A DNA stretch of 12,966 bases, taken from positions 1 through 12,966 of the forward strand of contig JBBIUB010000024.1 of NCBI GenBank assembly GCA_037440465.1, written 5' to 3'. Below are positions 1-6,041 of the stretch, piece after piece. Every line of letters starts with the position of its first letter. The first letter of the stretch is position 1. Source of the stretch: Coprothermobacterota bacterium (GTDB lineage: Bacteria; Coprothermobacterota; HKB111). A program made the translations under genes and the position numbers. A model generated the notes under the pieces. That model saw only the letters and a list, made by a program, of their open reading frames with translations, did not search any database and was not told the DNA's origin.

Positions 1-71
1 ATAACGTTATACGCGATAATTTCTTAAGATTAAGAAAGCGATAAAAGATTTTGAAAAAATTTATCGGTGAT

Positions 72-162
72 CGGGCAAAAATTGGAGGGTTTCAAGGCGT
101 TTTCGGATCCCCGGAAAATTTTTTGCCCGCGAGCCGTCAGCAAAATTGCGAAGCAATTTTGC
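72..162. repeat. Two inverted repeats: 10-bp arms at 72-81/120-129, and a perfect 10-bp stem with a GAA loop at 140-162
   Basis: CGGGCAAAAA...TTTTTGCCCG and GCAAAATTGC-GAA-GCAATTTTGC are read directly from the sequence. Confidence 0.8.
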
Positions 163-164
163 GT

Positions 165-230
165 CAATCAGCGTCTGGATTTTGCTCAAAGAAGGTTCTG
201 ACATCGTCCAGCAGACACCACCAGTTATTG
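165..230 (-). mobile_element. Putative att junction (end of an integrated element lying to the left), carrying an orphan recombinase-like C-terminal peptide
   Basis: The minus strand reads ...NNWWCLLDDVRTFFEQNPDAD* with an in-frame stop ~33 codons upstream and no start codon. On the plus strand the same bases read GGTTCTGACATCGTCCAGCAGACACCACCA, resembling a tRNA/tmRNA 3' end (GGTTC...CCACCA). The W-x-x-x-D-x-V-R-T-F-F pattern resembles C-termini of large serine recombinases as I recall them; not verified. Confidence 0.4.
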
Positions 231-344
231 AAAATATCTTTTTTTATTGAGGTGGGGGGGGTAAGTTATTGTGTTTTTTATGACAGGGTTGGTTCACATT
301 TACCGTGATATAAGGTTGTATAATTAAATCGCGGAGGTAATATT

Positions 345-536
345 GTGAAAGTAAAAGCTATTTTTGTTAAGTCTGGCCATTGGTGGGTAGCGTGGACAGG
401 TGATGTCCCTGGAGCACTAACACAAGGAAGTACATTGGAAAAAGCAAGAGAAAATCTTATAGATGCGATTCGTGAAATGTTAGAGCCAGTAGATATTTCC
501 AAGCTACCGCAAAAAGAATTTGTCTTACCAAAATAA
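345..536 (+). CDS. hicB: Short HicB-family antitoxin (type II TA), C-terminus possibly altered by a deletion
   Basis: GTG start with a GGAGG RBS at 333-337. The motif WWVAWxxDVPGALTQGxTLEKARENLxDAI is typical of HicB N-terminal domains. Confidence 0.85.
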   Translation: MKVKAIFVKSGHWWVAWTGDVPGALTQGSTLEKARENLIDAIREMLEPVDISKLPQKEFVLPK

Positions 537-620
537 CCACAATTCCAAGACACCGTGAGATTACTGACCTGTTTAGCAAGAAAAATCTGCAAGCAGCTAA
601 GAATACCAGAACCAAAATAA
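530..620 (+). pseudogene. hicA: HicA toxin remnant (C-terminal half only, with a +1 frameshift)
   Basis: 530-571 reads KITTIPRHREITDL. After one extra T in the run at 572-574, 573-620 reads LARKICKQLRIPEPK*. This matches the HicA C-terminal pattern TxVPRHxEI..LARKICKQL.IP. There is no start codon and no N-terminal G-x-H catalytic segment. Confidence 0.8.
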
Positions 621-674
621 AAACATCAAGAAACCAGATTCAGGGTTATATTGCATGACCGAATTCTTTAGATG

Positions 675-760
675 TTCCCCTCTTTCCTAAGGAAGGGTAA
701 GGAAGTGTCTACCCTCTATCAAGAGGGGTCGGAGGGTGTGTTAGAAGGGTCGGGGGAGAT
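675..760. repeat. Cluster of 2-3 degenerate REP-like palindromic units (CCCTCT-n-AGAGGG followed by a G-rich tail)
   Basis: TTCCCCTCTTTCCTAAGGAAGGGTAAGGAAGTGT (675-708), CCCTCTATCAAGAGGGGTCGGAGGGTGTGTT (712-742) and a partial AGAAGGGTCGGGGGAGAT (743-760). Confidence 0.55.
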
Positions 761-809
761 GCCTTTAGAAAAAATATTGTCTTTGACGAGGTAAAGGCTT
801 GTAACAATT

Positions 810-1577
810 ATGAAAATAGCTACTTATAATGTTAATTCCATTAGAACCAGAAAAGACCTTCTTATAGAATGGCTTAAAAGAGAGCCAGTAGATATTCTTT
901 GTTTGCAAGAACTGAAAACCGAAGAGGACAAATTCCCCTACGAAGATTTAGAAGCTCTGGATTATAAATCTGAGGTATTTTCCCAGAAAGCCTACAATGG
1001 GGTTGCCATATGCTCTAAATTACCAATGACAGAGGTGAGAAAAGGCTTTGGAGATAGTAAGTGGGATGAGCAAAAGAGAATTATTTCAGCAGTTATTGAT
1101 GGTATCAGGATAATCAATGTTTATATTCCCCATGGTGATATGCGAGGAGAGGAAAAATATTATTATAAGCTGGATTTCTATAAAAGATTACTGGAATATC
1201 TCAAAGTATTTTCACCATTTGATAAGATCATCCTTCTCGGGGATATGAATGTTGCAAGAACAGACCTGGATGTTTTTGACCCTGTGTTTCTGAAAGATAC
1301 AATTGGGACTATGAGGGAAGAGCGAGAAGCCCTGGAAGAGATTCTTAAGCTGGGCTTTATTGACTCTTTTCGGCATCTCTATCCGGAAAGACAACAGTTC
1401 ACCTGGTGGGATTATATGGGTGGAGGTATCTGGAAAAATGAAGGTATGAGAATAGATTACATCTTAATAAGCGAACAATTAAAAGAGGTGTTAAAAGAGG
1501 TGAAGGTAGATACCTGGCCAAGAAAGAGAAGGGAACCAAAACCATCAGACCATACCCCTGTAGTTGCTGTTTTTTAA
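810..1577 (+). CDS. xth: Exodeoxyribonuclease III / AP endonuclease (ExoIII/Xth family)
   Basis: 255 aa containing MKIATYNVNSIR, DILCLQELK, YNGVAI, NVYIPHG, GDMNVA, FTWWDY, RIDYIL and SDHTPV, which are the hallmark ExoIII motifs. Confidence 0.97.
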   Translation: MKIATYNVNSIRTRKDLLIEWLKREPVDILCLQELKTEEDKFPYEDLEALDYKSEVFSQKAYNGVAICSKLPMTEVRKGFGDSKWDEQKRIISAVIDGIRIINVYIPHGDMRGEEKYYYKLDFYKRLLEYLKVFSPFDKIILLGDMNVARTDLDVFDPVFLKDTIGTMREEREALEEILKLGFIDSFRHLYPERQQFTWWDYMGGGIWKNEGMRIDYILISEQLKEVLKEVKVDTWPRKRREPKPSDHTPVVAVF

Positions 1578-1613
1578 TTTATAATAATTAACTCAGCCAT
1601 ATTATTAACATTT

Positions 1614-1624
1614 TGTGTTAAAAT
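1614..1624 (+). promoter_or_regulatory. Putative extended -10 promoter (TGTG-T-TAAAAT) of the major pilin gene, overlapped by the palindrome TTAACA-N5-TGTTAA (1605-1621)
   Basis: Matches the TRTGn-TAAAAT extended -10 pattern 40 bp upstream of the ATG. The same 11-mer occurs upstream of the adhesin gene. Confidence 0.55.
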
Positions 1625-1664
1625 AAATCACTTTTTTAATTAAACAATATAAAGGGAGGTATAA

Positions 1665-2060
1665 ATGTTAAGAAAAAACAAAAAAGGTTTTACATTGATT
1701 GAGCTGGTGATGGTAATTGTAATTCTGGGAATCCTGGCAGCCATTGCGGTACCAAGGTATCAAGATTTAAGAAACGAAGCTCACAAATCAGCTGATGCAG
1801 CTACAATTGGTGCCATTAGAGCAGGGATTATGACCTATTTTGCTAAGAACAGAACATTTCCAGTTGAAAACCAATCAGAGGCTGCTTTTTTTGCAGCAGT
1901 TTTGCAGGAAAAACCAGGTGGGTGGACTTATAATTATGTCCTTGGCCCACCTAATAAGGGAAGAATTCAATGCGATGGGCTTCCTATTGGTGGCCATAAT
2001 GCAACCTGGCTTTATGAAATGGAAGATGGAACTGTGATACCAGAAACTCCACACCCATAA
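1665..2060 (+). CDS. pilA: Type IV major pilin (class III signal peptide)
   Basis: MLRKNKKG|FTLIELVMVIVILGILAAIAVPRY with G-1, F1, E5 and P22. A strong GGGAGG RBS and its own terminator fit a highly expressed major subunit. Confidence 0.9.
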   Translation: MLRKNKKGFTLIELVMVIVILGILAAIAVPRYQDLRNEAHKSADAATIGAIRAGIMTYFAKNRTFPVENQSEAAFFAAVLQEKPGGWTYNYVLGPPNKGRIQCDGLPIGGHNATWLYEMEDGTVIPETPHP

Positions 2061-2070
2061 TATAAGAATT

Positions 2071-2096
2071 AGGGGGGCTCAGCCCCCCTTGTTTTT
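2071..2096 (+). terminator. Rho-independent terminator after the major pilin
   Basis: AGGGGGGC-TCA-GCCCCCCT stem followed by TGTTTTT, 10 bp after the stop codon. Confidence 0.85.
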
Positions 2097-2101
2097 AAAT
2101 T

Positions 2102-2563
2102 ATGAAACTAAAAGAATTTTTTTCTTATAAAATAAATTTTTTTGTCTCCACCCTTATTATCATTCTTCTGGCTTCTCTTCTTCTTTATGGGCTTTTCTCT
2201 TTAGAAGGGGAGATAAGAGATACTTCTGTTTATGCCAGTACTATGCGTCTTATGACAGATTTGAAACATGCGCAGATTATATCTATAGTGAAAGGAGATA
2301 GCCTTATATTCGCCACCTATGAGGAAGGAAAAAGATTTAAAATAACCTACGAGAACTCAAAGATTATATTTATTGATGAGGAGCCCCTCTTTGGGGGAAT
2401 AACCATTCTTCTGAAAGGTAAGGGTAGTAAAACACTCTCCTCACTTAAAATAGTCAGCGGAGGAGGTTTTGAACCAGAAGGAAAGATTGTCTTAAAAAAG
2501 GGAAGGTTTGCTTATTCTCTTAATTGTCTTTCTGATGGTAAAATACTTTTAAGGGAAGAGTAG
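2102..2563 (+). CDS. FimT/FimU/GspH-like minor pilin-like protein lacking a canonical prepilin cleavage site
   Basis: An N-terminal hydrophobic helix is followed by ASTMRLMTDLKHAQIISI (resembling the FimT/GspH 'LxxDLxxAQxxAI' helix) and a C-terminal G.I.L...DGKI beta pattern. There is no G|FxxxE motif. Confidence 0.55.
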   Translation: MKLKEFFSYKINFFVSTLIIILLASLLLYGLFSLEGEIRDTSVYASTMRLMTDLKHAQIISIVKGDSLIFATYEEGKRFKITYENSKIIFIDEEPLFGGITILLKGKGSKTLSSLKIVSGGGFEPEGKIVLKKGRFAYSLNCLSDGKILLREE

Positions 2564-2574
2564 ATTAAAGAAAA

Positions 2575-2606
2575 GGGAGGGGTTAGGGGTGATTTCACCC
2601 CCTCTT
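2575..2606. repeat. G-rich REP-like element / hairpin (possible terminator of the fimT-like gene)
   Basis: GGGAGGGGTTAGGGGTGATTTCACCCCCTCTT contains GGGGTGA/TCACCCC arms. Its G-rich tail resembles the units at 675-760. Confidence 0.45.
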
Positions 2607-2701
2607 ACTGCCAGGGAGAAGAGTAACAAAGAATGATTCTTACACTTGTCACCCGTCACTCATCACATTTCAAAAATTAAGGGAAGGTAGGGTGGTGGGT
2701 G

Positions 2702-2768
2702 GTAACCCTGAGTTTATTTCAGAGTCTTATTCTTAAATGATGAGATCCTGAAACAAGTTCAGGATGAT
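2702..2768. repeat. Bipartite palindromic element (two inverted 26-bp arms, the right arm itself a hairpin)
   Basis: GTAACCCTGAGTTTATTTCAGAGTCT (2702-2727) and AGATCCTGAAACAAGTTCAGGATGAT (2743-2768) match at 18/26 positions as an inverted repeat. The right arm contains the perfect stem ATCCTGAA-ACAAG-TTCAGGAT. Confidence 0.65.
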
Positions 2769-2918
2769 AAATAGCTAAAATATCTATCACTTTAGGGTTT
2801 AACCAAGTTCGGAGCTATTAATCACCGAAAGAGCAATAAGGACAATTTAAAAAGTTCTAAGTAGGAAGCATGGTTATTGTTACCCTGGGTGACATGGTAT
2901 CTTGGATAGGTGTATAAT

Positions 2919-5780
2919 TCAAGGAGTATAACTAACTACAACACATACCCTGGTACATCTGGATTCACCCGTATTATGTGGTCGTCTTAAGCCAACTCCT
3001 GCCTGAAGGTCATTTATATTAGTCCAGGTCCAGGCAGTATTTGTTGTTGGATTGTTGGCGTATTGAGTGAAATATTCTGCGTAACTAGTAGTAATAGTGG
3101 TTGCGGTTCCGTTGTAATTAACACCACCTATTCTTAAACGAGTTCGAGCGCTCGTTTGGTTAGGTAATACGGTTGCTCTAACCTTTATATACACTCTTAC
3201 CCAGTTAATAGTACCACTTGACCCGGCTGCGTTTTGAATACTGTATGAATCATAAGTCCAGGTATTAGTGGTATTAAATACATAAGAAGTATCTCCATCA
3301 TCAGAAGTGCATGCTTCCCAGTTAGTATTAGCTCCAATACGTGTCAAACCGGTTACAGAACCTGAACCATTAGGAGTAAGTGCTATAAGGATATCCTTGT
3401 TAGCACCCAGTGAGCCTGCGGCTCCTGGAGCAGGAAGGGTCAGCGTAGCATTGTTGGTAGCAACATCTCTGATGGTTCCACCGTTGAGGGCAAGGGAGGT
3501 GGTGGCCACATAGTCTAAGTCTGCTGAAGTGTGTCCTGCAGCTACGGTGTAATTAAAAGTGAGGGTATTCGTTCCAGAACCACTGGTGTAATTCACCACA
3601 GCATCAACAGTTCCAGTCTCTAAGGTCAACTGTGGTGTGCCAGTGACAAATACAATTTCTGAGAAGACCACCTGTATGGATATGGTAGCACCAGTTGTGT
3701 AGATTCCATCGGCTGTGGAAGAGGTCACATTGGTTACGGTGGGCGGAGTGGTGTCAATAACGATGTTTTTATTAAAACCAAGTGAGCCTGTGGCTCCTGG
3801 AGCAGGAAGGGTCAGCGTAGCATTGTTGGTAGCAACATCTCTGATGGTTCCACCGTTGAGGGCAAGGGAGGTGGTGGCCACATAGTCTAAGTCTGCTGAA
3901 GTGTGTCCTGCAGCTACGGTGTAATTAAAAGTGAGGGTATTCGTTCCAGAACCACTGGTGTAATTCACCACAGCATCAACAGTTCCAGTCTCTAAGGTCA
4001 ACTGTGGTGTGCCAGTGACAAATACAATTTCTGAGAAGACCACCTGTATGGATATGGTAGCACCAGTTGTGTAGATTCCATTGGCTGTGGAAGAGGTCAC
4101 ATTGGTTACGGTGGGTGGAGTGGTGTCTGTATAAGCAGCTTTACTCTCTTCATTAGTGGGGTCTACATTAGTTGAGGTATTGGTTGCTAAATCAGTTCCT
4201 GTAAGGGATATGTTTTCCAGGACTACACCTATGGCTGCTACATCACTGGTAATGGTTCGAGTGTATCTGTAAATATTTCCTAAAACAAGTGTAGTGGTTG
4301 CATTAGTAACATCATTGGCTGTCCCTTCTGCATCTATGGTAATGCTTGGAGTACCACTTAAGGCTTCGTTAGAAGTTATCCTGAGGTAGTAAGTTCCAGC
4401 TATCAATCTTGGATTATCACCTAGAGAGTTGGTTAAATTTATATCTGAAAAATACTGGATGGTGAAGGTAGGTGGGAAGGTATCCAGGGTGATGGTATCG
4501 GTGAATTGAGCTACATAACCAGCATAATCTCTTATCTGGTAATAGACAGTCTTTAAGCCATCACCAGCTAATAATGTCCAGGCTCTGGTGGCAGCTGGAG
4601 CTTCCCAAGAAGTCCAGCTTAAACCATCATTACTGTATCTAACCTGGTCAACCCCTGAACCATCAATATCATCATAGGTTAAGTAAAGGGTAACACTGGT
4701 AGTGTTGGTATAAGTTGGATTACCAGAATTGATGATGATGGAACCTGTCGGGTTGGTGGTATCCAGGAATATGGAATCCAGGTAGTTGTCACTCCAGTTA
4801 TTATATGAGTCTCGGTACTGCACTGCTACCCATTTGTAACCATCTCCTCCTGGTAAAGTCCAGGGGATATCTTCACTAAAATTAAGGGTATTAGGTACAG
4901 TTGTAATGGTGCCACCTGAAGCATCTATACCATCGGCTACACGGTAGCCGGTAATTCCCAAAGGATGTGAAGCTTGTAGTTTTAAGGTTACATCCCTGTC
5001 ATTAGTATAATCAGCATCGTTACTAATCATTATAGAACCAGTAAATCCGATGGTTTCAAGAATGATAGTATCTGTAAAGTTTTCGCACCAGTTGTTAGCA
5101 GCATCCCGATATTGAACAGATACCTTTTTTTCGCCATCACCTACAGGTAAAGTCCATGGTTTGTTGTAGTTAAAGGAATTAGTTTTGGAAACATTATATA
5201 TAGTGCCATTAGAAGCATCTTCACCATTAGCCACGCGATATCCTGTAATGCCTGATTCATCAGTGGCAGATAAATTGAGAGTAACATCCACAGTATTAGT
5301 GATTGGAGCATCGTTATTAATAAGTATAGAACCAACAGGTGGAGTAGTATCGGGGTGGCGAATATAATTAAATAACTCAGCTAAAATGTTTGGATTATCA
5401 ATATTTTTAACTTTTACCCGAACAGATTTTAGGTCGTTAGTTTCCGGGATACCGACTAATTCATCAACCACTTCAATATCGTAAGTAAAATTACTGTAGG
5501 GGTCTTCAAAAGTAATATTTGTTTCACTAACAATGCTTTCAAATTTTTTATTTAATTGTGTTTCCATTACTAGTTGAGCTAATATATTGCTTATCCGAAT
5601 ATCTTCAGAGATTGGTATTCCAGCTAAAGAAGAGTAAAAGGTGGAGGCAAGCCCCGTGGCAATTATAGAGAGGATAAGAAGTGCCAGGACTATCTCTAAG
5701 AGGGTGAAGCCCTGTCTCCAGAGTGGTCGGTTATTGTTTACCTTTTGGCTGAAATTAATAGAGGGTGAAAAGAGACTCAA
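2919..5780 (-). CDS. Large modular pilin-adhesin: PilV/GspI-like pilin domain, six Ig-like stalk modules and a C-terminal beta-rich tip domain (~953 aa)
   Basis: Prepilin motif WRQG|FTLLEIVLALLIL (F1 codon at 5706-5708) and repeated DTTPP-delimited Thr/Asn-rich beta modules. I place the start at the TTG at 5780, 5 nt after a perfect AAGGAGG (5786-5792). The ORF is open up to 5894, with an alternative ATG at 5858. Confidence 0.85.
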   Translation of the reverse strand: MSLFSPSINFSQKVNNNRPLWRQGFTLLEIVLALLILSIIATGLASTFYSSLAGIPISEDIRISNILAQLVMETQLNKKFESIVSETNITFEDPYSNFTYDIEVVDELVGIPETNDLKSVRVKVKNIDNPNILAELFNYIRHPDTTPPVGSILINNDAPITNTVDVTLNLSATDESGITGYRVANGEDASNGTIYNVSKTNSFNYNKPWTLPVGDGEKKVSVQYRDAANNWCENFTDTIILETIGFTGSIMISNDADYTNDRDVTLKLQASHPLGITGYRVADGIDASGGTITTVPNTLNFSEDIPWTLPGGDGYKWVAVQYRDSYNNWSDNYLDSIFLDTTNPTGSIIINSGNPTYTNTTSVTLYLTYDDIDGSGVDQVRYSNDGLSWTSWEAPAATRAWTLLAGDGLKTVYYQIRDYAGYVAQFTDTITLDTFPPTFTIQYFSDINLTNSLGDNPRLIAGTYYLRITSNEALSGTPSITIDAEGTANDVTNATTTLVLGNIYRYTRTITSDVAAIGVVLENISLTGTDLATNTSTNVDPTNEESKAAYTDTTPPTVTNVTSSTANGIYTTGATISIQVVFSEIVFVTGTPQLTLETGTVDAVVNYTSGSGTNTLTFNYTVAAGHTSADLDYVATTSLALNGGTIRDVATNNATLTLPAPGATGSLGFNKNIVIDTTPPTVTNVTSSTADGIYTTGATISIQVVFSEIVFVTGTPQLTLETGTVDAVVNYTSGSGTNTLTFNYTVAAGHTSADLDYVATTSLALNGGTIRDVATNNATLTLPAPGAAGSLGANKDILIALTPNGSGSVTGLTRIGANTNWEACTSDDGDTSYVFNTTNTWTYDSYSIQNAAGSSGTINWVRVYIKVRATVLPNQTSARTRLRIGGVNYNGTATTITTSYAEYFTQYANNPTTNTAWTWTNINDLQAGVGLRRPHNTGESRCTRVCVVVSYTP
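3409..4127 (-). repeat. Near-perfect tandem duplication with a 372-bp (124-aa) period inside the adhesin
   Basis: 3409-3755 and 3781-4127 are identical at 344 of 347 positions by manual alignment (mismatches at 3419/3791, 3710/4082 and 3744/4116). Confidence 0.97.
4485..5351 (-). repeat. Three diverged ~93-98-aa Ig-like repeats in the adhesin stalk
   Basis: Units 5058-5351, 4764-5057 and 4485-4763 share GSIxIxxxxxxTNxxxVTL...WTLxxGDGxKxVxxQxRD...DxIxL(D/E)T. Confidence 0.9.
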
Positions 5781-5884
5781 ACATTCCTCCTTCAGAACTG
5801 TTGTCCTGAAGTCAAATAATATTTTTGTTAAAAACTCAAACCAATTTTTAACCAACATAGCTTTACCCTTTTTCCATCTCTTGA

Positions 5885-5943
5885 ATTTTAACACATAAAG
5901 TGCTAAAAAAATATATTAATACTTTCCCTTGATGTGATAAAAT
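5885..5943. promoter_or_regulatory. Putative back-to-back extended -10 promoters for the adhesin gene (minus) and the pilus operon (plus)
   Basis: TGTGTTAAAAT on the minus strand (5885-5895) and TGTGATAAAAT on the plus strand (5933-5943) form an 11/12 inverted repeat (5885-5896 vs 5932-5943) in a very AT-rich spacer. Confidence 0.6.
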
Positions 5944-6041
5944 ATGAAAATATTTATGGATGTATGGAAAAGAAAATATAATAATAGTAGAGAATAACAA
6001 TAAGCAATAAAGGAAATGGGTGGATAATTATCTGTAAAAGT

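Noticed and set aside
194..223. Possible tRNA or tmRNA gene ending in CCACCA
   Set aside because: I could not fold a cloverleaf or a proper T-arm. It is kept only as a possible att-like sequence.
253..261. G8 homopolymer as a phase-variation tract
   Set aside because: It is not inside a credible CDS or between identifiable promoter elements.
51..308. 85-aa plus-strand ORF
   Set aside because: TTG start with no RBS, no recognisable motifs, and it runs through palindromes and a G8 tract. It is probably spurious.
278..592. 104-aa minus-strand ORF
   Set aside because: Antisense shadow of hicB and the hicA remnant.
482..896. 16-bp direct repeat AGAGCCAGTAGATATT at 482-497 (hicB) and 881-896 (xth)
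   Set aside because: Both copies encode EPVDI inside unrelated intact genes, with no element boundaries. It is most likely coincidence.
810..2060. Functional link between xth and the pilus (for example DNA uptake and repair)
   Set aside because: Only adjacency supports it. pilA appears to have its own promoter, and no comEA/comEC/dprA is in the window.
3409..4127. Diversity-generating retroelement TR/VR pair (all three mismatches are A vs G on the coding strand)
   Set aside because: Only three differences, many AAC codons unchanged, both copies are in-frame tandem domains, and there is no reverse transcriptase in the window.
5781..5894. N-terminal 38 codons of the 991-aa ORF as called
   Set aside because: They would give a 62-aa prepilin leader. 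The GTG at 5894 lies within the predicted promoter, while the TTG at 5780 has a perfect SD. The ATG at 5858 is not fully excluded.
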